Positions 29,101 to 40,954 of a DNA stretch of 64,000 bases are shown piece after piece (within the stretch, counting starts at the first letter, position 1; every line of letters begins with the position of its first letter). The position numbers were made by a program, and so were the translations under genes. Under the pieces are notes generated by a model. It saw only the letters and a program-made list of their open reading frames with translations, made no database searches and had not been told where the DNA came from. Source of the stretch: Chrysemys picta bellii (taxonomy: Eukaryota); NCBI RefSeq assembly GCF_011386835.1, contig NC_088797.1, forward strand, positions 32,550,001 through 32,614,000. The letters run 5' to 3'.

Positions 29101-32100
29101 AGGAGTGCTAGCTAGCATTTAGAGCAGAGTGGGCTGGATGGCAGGACACCGACTATTAGTTCTGGCGCTGCAGCAGGTTTTCTGTATCATGTTACAGGTG
29201 AGGCAAAGAGTGCTTAAATGACTTGGGCAGGATCATGCAAGGCTGTGAATAGGACCCAGGAGTCCTGGCTCCCCGCCCTTTTTCTGTACTCGTTAGACAC
29301 ACTGCCTTCCAGAACTGGAAGAGAACCCAGAAAGCCTGATTTCCAGTCCACTGCTCTGACCATTAGACAACAGCCCCCCGCGACCCATTATGAAGCTGAG
29401 ATGTTTGTATCTGACTTGGAATGAATTCCATCTTTGTTCATTTAATGTATGGACTTTAAAAATCAGACTTCAGCAAACTCAGAAAACTGGTAGGTAGGTT
29501 CTGTCATGGATCCACAGCTACACCCCAGCTTTTAAACAGTCTCTTGGAAAGCCCCCCTTTAGCGTGGCAGATCCCTAAGGAGTCCCACTCCTTTCTCCGA
29601 GGTAGGCTGCACTGCCTCCTAGACTGAGTGTCTGGGCTCCAGCACTTCTGCTCTACATTGTGAGCTGTGCCCAGCAAGTCCAACTGAGATAGTCTCCTGG
29701 TAGAGACTTGTACACTCTTTAGGGACTAGTGCGTCTCAGCAGATATTTATTGTAGCTAGGTAACAGAATGCAGGGGTTCAGAACAAATCATGCCAAAGCA
29801 ACCTAATTTCCTTCTTTGGAAAGATAATGGGCCTAGTGGATAGGGGCGCAGCAACAGGTGCGATATGTTTGGACTTTAGTAAGACTTTTGATACAGTCTC
29901 ATGTGACATTCTCATAAGCAAATTAGGGAAATATGAAATTACGATAAGTTGGGTGCAAAACTGGTTGAAAGACTGTGTCCAGTTTTTGTTCTCAAAGAGT
30001 AGTTATGAATGGTTCGCTGTCAAACTGGGAGAGCCTATCTAATGGGGTCCTGCGGGGATCTGTCCTGGGTCAGGTACTATTCAATACTTTATTAATGACT
30101 CAGATAATGGAGCGGAGAGTATGCTTATAACATTTGTGCATGACACTGTGATGGGTTGGATCACAGAAACCCCTTTGGGGCTGCCAACTGATGTGCCAAG
30201 ACGACTTCTGTCCCTGCTTTCTTGCCCTGGCAGCTTAGGACTCCAGCATTCTGCCTGGTTTGAGCCAGACTCGCTAGCCTGCTGCAAACCCAGGTCTGGA
30301 CCACATCCCCAAAGCTGCAGACTTAACTGAAAGCAACTTACAGAAGTGTTCCTGTCTTTAGCACTCAGATGCCCAACTCCCAGTGGGGTCTAAAACCCGA
30401 ATAAATCCGTTTTACCCTTTATACGGGTAAACTCATAAATTGTTCGCCCTCTATAACACTGAGAGAGAGAGATGTGCAGCTGTTTGCCCCCCAGGTATTA
30501 ATACATACTCTGGGTTAATTAATAAGTAAAAAGTGATTTTATTAAATACAGAAAGTAGGATTTAAGTGGTTCCAAGTAGTAACAGACAGAACAAAGTGAA
30601 TTACCAAGCAAAATAAAACAAAACATGCAAGTCTATGTCTAATACAGTAAGAAACTGAATACAGATAAGAGATCACCCTCAGAGATGTTTCAATACGTTT
30701 CTTTCACAGACTGGACGCCTCCTAATCTGGGCACAATCCTTTCCCTGGTACAGCCCTTGTTCCAGCTCAGGTGGTAGCTAGGGGATTCCTCATGATGGCA
30801 GCCCTCTTTGTTCTGTTCCACCCATTTATATATCTTGTGCATAAAGTGCTGAATCCTTTGTCCCTCTCTGGGTTCCCACTAGAGTGACCAGATAGCAAGT
30901 GTGAAAAATCGGGATGGGGGGTAATTGGCACCTATATAAGAAAAAGCCCCAAATATCAGGACTGTCCCTATAAAATCGGGACATCTGGTCACCCTAGTTC
31001 CCAACCCCTCCTTCTCAATGGAAAGGCACCAGGTTAAAGATGGATTCCAGTTCAGGTGACATGATCACATGTCACTGTAAGCCTTCATTACCCACTTGCC
31101 AGCACACACGTATACAGGAAGACTTGCAAGTACTGTAAAACAGCCATCTGCAGTCAATTGTCCTGGTTAATGGGAGTCATCAAGATTCCAAACCAACATT
31201 AATGGCCCACACTTTGCATAATTACAATAGGCCCTTAGAGTTATATTTCATATTTCTAAAAGTGGTACATTTATACAAATAGGATGACCGCACTCAGTAG
31301 ATTATAAGCTTTGTAATGATATCTTACAAGAGACCTTTTGCATGAAGCATATTTATATTCACACTCATTAGCATATTTTCATAAAATCATATAGAATGCG
31401 TCACAGACACCAAACTAGGAGGGATTGAACTTTGGAGGACAGGATTAGAATTCAAATGGCCCTGATAAATTGCAGTTGTCTTTACTGAATTTCATCTTGT
31501 TGATTTCAGAGCAAAGTACTACACTTAGCAAGGAAAAAAATCAAATGCACAAATATAAAATGGGGAATAACTTGTTCGGTCGTAGTACAGTACTACAGAA
31601 AAGGATCTGGGGGTTCTAGTGGATCACAAATTCAATATAAGCCAATAGTGTAGTGCATTTGCAAATAGGCTAATATCATTCTGGGGTGTATTAACAGGAA
31701 TGTCATATGAAAGACTTGGGAGGTAATTGGCTTACTCTGCTTGGCAGTGGCGAGGTCTTGGATGGAATATTGTGTCCAGTTCTGGCTGCTACACTTTAAA
31801 AGAGATGAGGACACATTGGAGAGAGTCCAGAGGAGAGGAACAAAAAATGATAAAATCCTATCTATGAAGAAAGATTGAAAAACTTGGGCATGTTTAGTCT
31901 TGAGAAAAGAAGACTGAGGGGGACCTGATAGCAATATTCAAATATATTAAGGGCTGTTATAAAGAGGCCAGTGATCAATTGTTTTCCACATTCACTGAAA
32001 GCAGGACAAGAAGTAATCGGCTTAATGTGCTGCAAAGGAGATTCAGGTTAGATACTAAGAAAAACTTGCTAACCCTAAGGATAGTTAATAAGTTACCCAG

Positions 32101-35100
32101 GGAGGCTGTGGAACCCCTGATATTGGAGGTTTTTAAAAACAGGTTAGCCAAGCACCTGTCAGGAATGTTTACTAGGTTTACTTGGTTCGGCCTCAGCGCT
32201 GGTGGATGGACTAGATGACAGATCCCTTCCAACACTACATTTCTTAGTGTATATTGTACTGCTACTTGTCTGGAGAAGTTATTAATGGCGCAGCTACTGT
32301 GTGAGCACCAGTTTAGACTGAAAATATGCCTATTCTGACTGCCACATCTCATAAAGAGATTCTCAACTGTTACAATACAGGAAAAATCAGGAATTTGGGA
32401 AACTGGGATGATGTGGATGTGGATTTTGAAAGCTATTTTCTAATCTATGTAGCCCACCTTATAGATCTTAAAGCCAGAGGGACCATTAGATCACCTGGAT
32501 TGTTATGCAGGCCAGAGAATTTCACCCAGTTACCACTGCATTGAGCCCAATAACTTGTCTGACTAAAGCATCTTCCAGAAAAGATATCAAGAGATGGAGA
32601 ATCCACCACTTCCCTTCAGAGTTTGATCCAGTTAATCACCTTCTATTTAAAAAAAAAAAAAAAAAGGCTGGGGCGTGGCTCATTTCTAATTGGATTGTGT
32701 CTGGCTTTAACTTCCAGCCATTGGTTCTTATTCTGCCTTTCTCCTCCAGGCTGCTAAAGAACCCTTTAGTACCTGGGATTTTTTTCCTGGTGAAAGTATT
32801 TATATGCCGTAATTGAGTCACCTCTTGTTCTTCTTCAAGAAGCGTCCCTATAGGTGCTCCATGTCTGGATACGTACACGCCCGTGCGCTCTTCACTGGAG
32901 ATTTTTGTCAACAGTGTCCGTGGGTCTGCACCCCAGACACCCTAGTGCCCATTACAAGAGTATATGGGGGAGATGGACCTGCTGCCACTCCAGTTCCTTC
33001 TCAACTGTCTGTGGCTTGAGATGGAGCATCACGGTGTCCGTTAGGAACCACATGTGCAGGCCCCAGTACCATCCAGGCTCCTATGTTATGAGGACCTCTG
33101 ATTCCTCAAAGAGCCCAAATCACCGTTATTAAGAGGTACTGAGAGATACTCCCCACTGTTACTTACCCTTTGTCCATTTCTTCAACTGGTACTGACACAT
33201 TCCCTGTGCAATCTTTGAGGGCTCTGAGAAATACTTTCAGCTCGTACCGTTATAACATTCTCCTGCACCACCTCACCAGCCTCCCTTTCTAACCTCAGTA
33301 CTGACACAAGTTCAGGTCTCTTCCCAGGGCCTGGTACCACCCTGACCACCAGTACCTACACCCCTGACCACCCCCCAGTGGATACAGAGGATAACACCTC
33401 ATCTGACTCAGAAATGTCTGTATATGGTTCCTCCCCATTCCAACCTCCCTCCTTAGAGATTCACACTGAAGAAGGAGCTCATAGCAGGAAGTACACCCGG
33501 TTACCATGGCAAGGACAACCTTGGAGTCCCACCACAATGGGCTTACTCCTTAGGTGACCGTTTCTAAAGGGTCCCATCCCAAAAGAGGACATAAGGATCA
33601 TCAACCAATGCCCCTAGGTCCTGCCACCCCTGGATACCTCCCCCAGAGCAGGAATCAGTGGAAGAGGAAGAAACATCACCTTCCCACAAATCTTCCTTAT
33701 CACCAAATGAGGCTGTGACAGCCCCCCCCCCCCCCCCGTCCCTGCCCCCCATTCTAGCCTAATGACTTCAAGGCCTTTGAAGAACTCATGAAAAGGGTAG
33801 CAGGCACCTTATATGTCTTATTAGAGGAGATTTAGGAGACCCAACACTCCATGTTGGAATAGCCTTCATTCACTTCCTCAGGACAAGACTGCTTTGCTCA
33901 GCAAGGAAGCTTTGCTTACTTCAGCATGGATGGTGGCAAACTGAAGCCACTGTCCCACCTATGTGTAAACAAGCTGACAAAAAGTATTACATCCTCCTCC
34001 CTGCAGGACTGAGTATTTTTTTTTCTCCTATCCTGATTCCCAATTCTCTGGTGGCGGAAGCTGCTAACAAACAGACCAGGCAACATCAGTTCTGTTCCAC
34101 AACATCTGATAAGGATCTAAAACGACTGGACCTTCTGGACCCTAAGAAGCACTCCTCAGCCCCCTGGCAGTTCAGAGTGGCCAATTATCAAGTCCTGATG
34201 GCCAAATATGACTTGACTGTCTATTCAAAAATTCCATCTTTTAATGAACACTTGCCTCAGGAGCACAGAGAACAATTTCAGGTCCTTGTTGCAGAAGAAG
34301 CCTCGCTAGATGCTACCGACACAGCTGTACGTTCCCTGACTACAGCAGTAGTCATACACCCAACTTCCTAGCTACGGTCTTCTAGCCATCCCCAGGAGGT
34401 ACAAAATACTATAAAGGACCTTCCTTTTGAAGGCCTCAATTTGTTTAGTGATGGCACAGATGGGTCCCTCCCCATCTCTCAAGGGCTCCCGGGCGACACT
34501 AAAATCTCTGGGCATCTCTATGTACACCTGCAATGAAAAGAAAATACAGCAGGTCGCAGACGGCTCAATGATCTTGCCCAGTCCACTACCAGCCCAGGAG
34601 ACCTCCCTGGAAGAAGCACAAATTCCCTAAGAAAGGGCCTTCTCCATCAGCAATGTCCCAGCCAGCAATGACTTCAAAATGTCCGTTGCATCCTATGTTG
34701 CATCTATTCCCCTCCATTCCCTACCTTCCTGGGAGCTCATCATCTTGGACAGATGGATTCTAGAAGTAATTTCCATAGTCTGTTCCATCCAGTTGAGCTC
34801 CTTCCCACTCCCTGTCCCTCTTCAGGGACCCCTTTACTTCCCTCCACAAAGACAAGAGGTATAATCCCTCCTAGTTCTGGGGATGATCTAAACTGTCCCA
34901 CTGGACTTCATTGGGAAAGGGTTCTAGTCTCAGTACTTCCTCGTCGTGAAGAAAATGGGAGTGGGTAGGTGGGTGGAGGAGACCAATTCTAGACCTCAGG
35001 ATTTTAAACATCTTCATTAGCTCCCAACAGTTCAGTATGATGACCCTAGCAACAATATTTCCCTTTCTGAATCTGGGAGATTAGTTTGGTTGTGTCCTTC

Positions 35101-38100
35101 AACCTTATTTTCATGGTGTCATTCATCCCTCACACAAACAATTCCTATGTTTTGTGGTAGGCAAGGACGCTGCCAGCATTGCGTCCTAATCTTCGGCCTC
35201 TCCACCATTCCCCTCCCCATCCAAGGGTCTTTAACAAAGTTTTGTCAGCCACAGCAGCCTATCTTTGCCAGATAGGCATTATCATCTTTTCCTGCCTAGA
35301 TGACTAGCTCCTGAAAGGCCGCTCACTTCTCAAAGCACAGAGAGCAACCAGCAAGACCGTCTCTGTTTCACTTGCTGGGTCTCCACCTAACACCCACACA
35401 ACATATAGACTTAATCTGGGCCACTCTGGACTCCTTCCACCAGAGCATACTTATCCAGGGACAGATTCACTCCCGTGTCCAACCTTGTTTCAATAATCCA
35501 ACAGAGTCCACTAACCACTGTGAAGATATGGACCATGTGGCAATCTGTATGTTCACGACTCCCATTTTTGGTGTCTTTAAACATGGTTGAGAACCATCGA
35601 CACCCCCTACAGACACAACCTAGCCAAGCGGGCGTCAGTACCTCAGAAGAGCCTTGATTATCTGAACTCGTGGAAGGACCCACAAAAAGTGTTCTTGGGA
35701 GCTCTGTTTGTACAGCATCCTTCAATGAAGATCATCACCACAGATGACTGTCACATGTTGGGGTGCACACTCCCAAAACCTCACAGTTCAGGGCAAATGG
35801 ACCACTCAGGAGGCGATCCTCCATATCAACATATTGGAGCTCAGAACAGCCAGCTGCACTTGCCATCACTTCCTACTATACATTAAGGACAACAGTGTAG
35901 CAGTGTTACATCAATCAGCATGGAGGAGCAAGATCCCAGTCCTTGTGCACCAAAGCAATAAAACTATGGTACTAGTGCCTATCACATTGCATACAAGTGT
36001 GAGCGCTTTTCTGCAGCCCTCCTCTCAAAGCGTGACTACTTGATGTCTCTACTTCCTGTAAAATGCTCTTTACCTCACAATCTCGATTACCTGCTGAATT
36101 TAAAAACCACAGACTTATTGCTGAGCTCCATCAAAGTTCACCTAGCTGCCATCACAGCTTCTTACCTTCCCAGAGAAGGGTTCTCAGTCTTTGCCCCACC
36201 CCACCACTGCAAGATTTATCAAAGGCCTATTCAACATCTTCCCTCCTATCAAGGAACTAACTCTGCCATGAGACCTCACTTTATTTCTTGCCTTTTACCT
36301 CGACAGGACTAGGCCCTTTTCAGGTTTCCCCTTGACTCTTCACCTCTGTAGCAGAACAAATTAAGGGACATCCGATCTCCACCCAAAAACTGTCCATGCA
36401 GTTTTCAGGTTGTGTTCTATCATGCTGTGAGTTTTCAGGGGTTCATCCCACTCTCCAAAAGTTATTGCTTGTACCACCAGGGCTCAATCTACCTCTGTAG
36501 CCATTCTCAAAAATTTACCCATCTCAGACATCTGCAAGGCAGCCCCCTGGTCTTTGCCGCACACATTTTACCAGCATTACTCTCTTGTGCCCTATTCCAG
36601 GACCGATGCAGCCTTTGGTGGTGCTGTCCTTCGAGCAGTACTGAATCCACTTCCTCGCATTGGGGCCTCACTTTGAGATGTCTCCCCCTGTGGGTGATCC
36701 ACTACCTGCTCTCCTTCCCCTTGGCCTCAAGAGTCTCTTTCTTGGGACTTTTGTGATTGAGAAGGAACTTGAGTGGGCTCAGGTCCGCCCCTCCTTATAC
36801 ACCCTCAGATCTGGGCACAAGAATCTCTGCGGTGCAAGCGTGGAGCTGTGGACACAAATCTCTGGTCAAGAGTCCACGTGTGTCCTGATGTGGAGCACCC
36901 CTAGGGGGCGACATCTTGAAGAATTCAAGTTACTATACCAGGTAAGTAACTCCTCCATCTTTTTGATAAAGAGCTCAGTCAGTTTAGTTTGTATCCAACT
37001 GTCAGGCGTTTTCTCCTCCTCCTCTCTCTCCCCCCGCCCCCCAAAAAATCATTTTTGTGGCTGATGTGACTTGTTTGGCTGGTGTAAATTGTATTAATTT
37101 CTATTTTGCCTTCCAGCCTGCTGTTGCTTTGACTGAAGCAGAACAAACCCCATGCGTAAGTTATTGTAACCTTGAAACATTTGTTTCAATTATTAATCCT
37201 TGATTCCTTAAGCTGGCGTGGAGTAAAATGAAAAGCCCCACTGTGGTGATATGGCATAATTATATACCTGACAGCCTGTCGAGTTACATTCCCTATGTGT
37301 TGCTGAGCACATATCTCATCCCAGACACCCACTTCTGAGAGTTCTCAAGTTCTGAACTGAGACATCTGATGTTTGGGAAATGATCGGATTTTTATGAGTG
37401 TCCTAACAAGTAGCATTGGGTCTGGTATTTCTAAACACACCATAAGAGTGTCCATGCTCTGTATGTGCACGTCTAGCCTCAGTGTGGTTCAAATGTTTTG
37501 TCTTGCTTTGCACCCCTCCTCCCCTTGTCCTCCCACAGTCTTTTGGCTACACACTAATTGAATTCATTTGTTCCTCCAAGATGACTGGTACTGCTTGGAC
37601 TCCACGGCGCAGCCCCAGGGTAAGTGTCTATGTTCTCCTTTGGGTTTTGCTAGTATATTGGATATCAGGGGAAGGATGGTCCCAGTGACTTAGGGCACTA
37701 GCCTCAGACTTGGAAGACCTTGAACTTTGACAGACCTGCTTTAACTTAAAGTAAATATGAGCTGAGCTACTTCCTTTAGACAGCCCTGAGACTGAAGTGT
37801 TGATTGGCCCCGCCAGTGGGGGTAGGGGGGCGGCTGGGAGTTCCATAGGTTAGCTGTATTGGTGAGGGAGAAAAAGGGATAAACTCCATCTCCTTTCCTT
37901 GCAGATCTCCCAGAAGGCAGGAAAGGAGAACTTCCCAGTGGAAAGCAGCGAGGCCAAAGGCTGTGGAAGCACTGATGCTAACCCAGTCTTAGCATCATCT
38001 CTCCCTGCCAATGCCTCAGGCCTGGTGGAGAAGGCTGCCCTGTCTACAGTTAGCATCAATGTATGTGACTCTCCTCAGGATGAGAGGGATGTGCTGATGT

Positions 38101-38644
38101 CTAAGAAAGTGCGCCGATCCTACAGCCGCTTGGATGCCTCACCCAGCTTGGACATGTCCACACCCACATTCACCCAGAAGAAGTGCTCACTCTTTGGCTT
38201 TGAGAAGCTCCTAGTGCCTGATGCACTGGCCGATGTGTCTCCAGTGGGTAAGGTTTCCCCTGCCCAGGAGACTCCAGTGGAGCCCAATGCCTTGGGCTCC
38301 ACTAAGGAATGGGACACAAACATTCCTGGCATCTCCTTCCCCAAAGAGAAACGGAAGAAAAGGAGGATCCCCCAGATTGATGTGAGTACTGCCTGCTTAG
38401 GTGGGAGACCTCAAAGGAATTCTAGTATCACTCAAGTGCTCTAGTTGAGGGATGGGGAAATCTTTGGAGCAGGTACCCCTGCATTCTGTTAGCTGCTCTG
38501 TATCAATCAGCTTGTGCTTGTTATAATTACAGTTTTTTGTTGTTTTTACTTCCTCTGCTCTAGAAATCTGAACTGGATGAGTGGGCTGCTCAAATGAATG
38601 CACAGTTTGAAGAAGCAGAGCAGTTTGATCTTCTTGTGGAATGA
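20147..38644 (+). CDS. CDCA5: Sororin (cell division cycle associated 5), 7 coding exons, about 292 aa
   Basis: Exons 20147-20216, 22206-22315, 27842-27904, 37117-37155 (least certain), 37581-37619, 37905-38381, 38564-38644 (879 nt, all GT-AG, frame-consistent). Contains N-terminal [22 protein letters not shown], a KEN box (GKEN), [12 protein letters not shown], the FGF motif (LFGFEKLL) and the C-terminal [26 protein letters not shown] sororin domain. Head-to-head with ZFPL1 as in human. Confidence 0.93.
20280..21010. repeat. G-rich, CpG-rich minisatellite (about 77-bp unit) in CDCA5 intron 1
   Basis: GGTCTGTGGGGGACACTGGG recurs at 20341, 20418 and onward, with variant units. Confidence 0.9.
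21111..21828 (-). mobile_element. Young 5'-truncated CR1 LINE in CDCA5 intron 1
   Basis: Uninterrupted ORF2 C-terminus 21658-21188 ([21 protein letters not shown]...[17 protein letters not shown]) plus a CR1 3' UTR. Confidence 0.92.
22400..25430 (-). mobile_element. Degenerate Gmr1-like Ty3/Gypsy LTR retrotransposon in CDCA5 intron 2
   Basis: Minus-strand order: gag/SCAN-like ([10 protein letters not shown]...[19 protein letters not shown]), protease region, integrase ([20 protein letters not shown]; [14 protein letters not shown]; WEGPF), then an RT/connection fragment (YLGH; [11 protein letters not shown]). Boundaries approximate. Confidence 0.75.
24878..25046. mobile_element. hAT MITE inside the Gypsy remnant
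   Basis: TIRs CAGTTGTTCTCAACCT / AGGTTGAGAATGACTG; degenerate 8-bp TSD AATTAAAC / GATTAAAT. Confidence 0.7.
25740..27200 (-). mobile_element. LTR-type sequence flanking the Gypsy remnant, interrupted by a hAT MITE
   Basis: Repeat-like sequence directly 5' of gag, split by the MITE at 26172-26479; ends not resolved. Confidence 0.45.
26172..26479. mobile_element. hAT MITE
   Basis: Ends CAGTGGTTCTCAGCC...GGTTGAAAACCCCTG; 8-bp TSD TGCTCGAT / TGCTAGAT. Confidence 0.75.
28217..29043. mobile_element. Composite LTR fragments in CDCA5 intron 3
   Basis: Begins TGTCATAACTATAAAGGG (Gypsy-LTR-like start), changes character near 28400 and ends ...TTCCAACA; no TSD found. Confidence 0.45.
29770..32245 (+). 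mobile_element. CR1 LINE 3' fragment interrupted by a solo LTR
   Basis: RT remnants ([23 protein letters not shown]|TKLGG) and a CR1 3' end (GATCCCTTCCAACACTACATTTCT). Confidence 0.85.
30147..31405. mobile_element. Solo LTR with 5-bp TSD, containing a hAT MITE (30880-30996)
   Basis: TGTGATG...CGTCACA; TSD GACAC at 30142-30146 and 31406-31410. MITE TAGAGTGACC...GGTCACCCTA with TSD GTTCCCAC / GTTCCCAA. Confidence 0.85.
32440..32826 (-). mobile_element. CR1 3' fragment
   Basis: Minus-strand [17 protein letters not shown] remnant and CR1 tail. Confidence 0.7.
32827..36955 (+). mobile_element. Degenerate DIRS-type (tyrosine recombinase) retrotransposon
   Basis: Inverted termini GTTCTTCTTCAAGAAGCGTCCCTATAGGTGCTCCA / TGGAGCACCCCTAGGGGGCGACATCTTGAAGAATTC. 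ORF1-like DKDLKRLDL...[16 protein letters not shown]; RT remnants; RNase H HINILELR; YR N-terminal [12 protein letters not shown]. Confidence 0.8.
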
Positions 38645-38716
38645 AGCCTCTCCCCAGTAACCTGCATTATTCTTTTGTACATAGAGCTGATGTGTTGTTT
38701 TTTCAGTCTAAAAATT

Positions 38717-38722
38717 AATAAA
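38717..38722 (+). terminator. CDCA5 polyadenylation signal AATAAA
   Basis: 73 nt after the stop codon, followed by a GT-rich tract (gttgtgtctgtctctc). Confidence 0.7.
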
Positions 38723-39707
38723 ATAGTTGTGTCTGTCTCTCTCTCTTTAGAAGTCTGCTCTATAGATTCTGGTATATATTGCTTACTAGGGCTGTCAAGC
38801 AATTAAAAAAAAATCACTCTATTAAACAATAATAGAATACCCTGTAATTAAATACGTCTGGCTGTTTTCTACATTTTCAAATATATTGATTTCAATTACA
38901 ACATAGAAAAGTGTATTGAAATTACAAAAGTAGAATTATGTACAAAAATAACTCATTCAGAAATAAAACAATGTAAAACTTTAGAGCCTACAAGTCCACT
39001 CAGTCCTTCAGCTAAGCAAAGGCGATAATGCTGCGGGTTACAAAAATGTAGAAAAGCATTTAAAAATCTTTAATACATTTTAGGGCTGTCAAGCAATTAA
39101 TCACTATTAATAGTGCAATTAATTGCACTGTTAACAATAAAATACAATTTATTTTAATTATTTTTGGATGTTTACTACATATTCAAATATATTAATTTCA
39201 ATTACAACACAGAATACAAAGTATACAGTGTTCTCTTTATATTTATTTTTTATTACAAATATTTGCACTGTAAAAAAACAAAAAAATATATTTTTCAATT
39301 CACCCCATACACAATGTAAAACTTGAGCCCACAAGTCCACTCAGTCCTACTTCTTGGTCAGCCAATCACTCAGACACAAGGTTGGTTACATTTTGCAGGA
39401 GATAATGCTGCCTGCTTCTTGTTTACAATGTCACCTGAAAGTGAGAACAGGTGATCGCACGGCAGTATTGTAGCCAGCGTCGCAAGATAGTTATGTGCCA
39501 GATGTGCTAAAGATTCATATGTCCCTTCATGCTTCAATCACCATTCCAGAGAACATGCTTCTATGCTGATGACGGGTTCTGCTTAATAACAATCCAAAGC
39601 AGTGCAGACTGACGCATGTTCATTTTCATCATCTGAATCAGATGCCACCAGCAGAAGGTTGATTTTCTTTTTTTGTGGTTTGGGTTCTGTAGTTTCCACA
39701 GCAGAGT

Positions 39708-39950
39708 ATCAGGGGGTAGCCGTGTTAGTCTGTATCTACAAAAACAACAAGGAGTCTGGTGGCACCTTAAAGACTAACAAATTTATTTGGGCATAAGCTT
39801 TCGTGAGTAAAAACCTCACTTCTTCGGATGCATAGAGTGAAAGTTACAGATGCAGGCATTTTCACTCTATGCATCCGAAGAAGTGAGGTTTTTACTCACG
39901 AAAGCTTATGCCCAAATAAATTTGTTAGTCTTTAAGGTGCCACCAGACTC
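39708..39950. mobile_element. Short Penelope-like insertion with a perfect inverted repeat
   Basis: 10-bp TSD ACAGCAGAGT (39698-39707, 39951-39960); 91-bp arms 39752-39842 and 39860-39950 with a 17-nt spacer; GTAGCCGTGTTAGTCTGTATC and CGAAAGCTTATG are sequences I associate with sauropsid Penelope termini. Confidence 0.8.
39871..39911 (+). ncRNA. Minimal hammerhead-ribozyme-like motif (mirror copy at 39791-39831 on -)
   Basis: Stem I GCAT/ATGC, core CCGAAGA(A), stem II GTGAG-loop-CTCAC, GAA, palindromic AGCT stem III, then T. Confidence 0.5.
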
Positions 39951-40954
39951 ACAGCAGAGTGTTGCTCTTTTAAGACTTCTAAAAGCATGCTCCACACCTC
40001 CTCCCTCTCAGATTTTGGAAGGCACTTCAGAGTCTTAAACCTTTGGTCGAGTGCTGTAGCTATTTTTAGAAATCTCACATCAGTACCTTCTTTACATTTT
40101 GTCAAATCTGCTGTGAAAGTGTTCTTAAAACAAACATGCTGGGTCATCATCCGAGACTGCTATAACATGAAATATATGCAGTATGTGGGTAATGGGTGTA
40201 TCTGGCATGTAACCACTTTGCAATGTCGACTACAAAAGTGCCATGCCACGCCTGTTCTCACTTTCAGATGATCTTGTAAACAAGGAGCAGGCAGCATTAT
40301 CTCTTGTCAATGTAAACAAACTTGTTTGTCTTAGCAACTGGCTGAACGAGAAGTAGGACTGAGTGGACTTGTAAGCTCTACAGTTTTACAGTATTTTGTT
40401 TTTGAGTGCCGTTATGTCACTAAAAAAAATAAATCTCCATTTGTAAGTTACACTTTCACTATAAAGAGATTGCACTTCAGTACTTAGTATTTTTCAATTC
40501 ACCTCATACATTTATTTTTACAGTGCAAATATTTGTAATAAAAATAATATAAAGTGAGCACTGTGCACTTTATACTTGTGTTGTAATTGAAATCAATATT
40601 GAAAAATTAGGAAAACATCCAAAAATTAATACATTTCAGTTGGTATTTTATTTGTTTTAGTTATTTACATATTAATACTTGAGTACAGTCATCAACTCAG
40701 TAAGGTAGCTATAGATTAATGTTGGAGTGGCCTCCTCCTTGCAGTTGGATAGAAGGGGATAAGGGATACCTGCCCATTGGAAAACATAATTCGCAATGAG
40801 CATCACTGTATGATGTGGAACTCTGTGCATCTTGCATATCTTCAGTAATTAATGTAACCTGTGTATTGCAACCTGCGTATGTCAGGGGTGGGATGCAAGT
40901 CCTTCAGCCTCCTCCATGGCAGGGCCTTGGAGGGAGAATCAGCAACATCGACCG

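Larger units (their letters stand above)
38787..40685 (-). mobile_element. hAT DNA transposon remnant(s) with a transposase C-terminal fragment
   Basis: TAGGGCTGTCAAGCAATTAA termini at 38787 and 39081; minus-strand FLKIATALDQRFKTLKCLPKSEREEVWSML (hAT DPRFK region). Confidence 0.75.
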
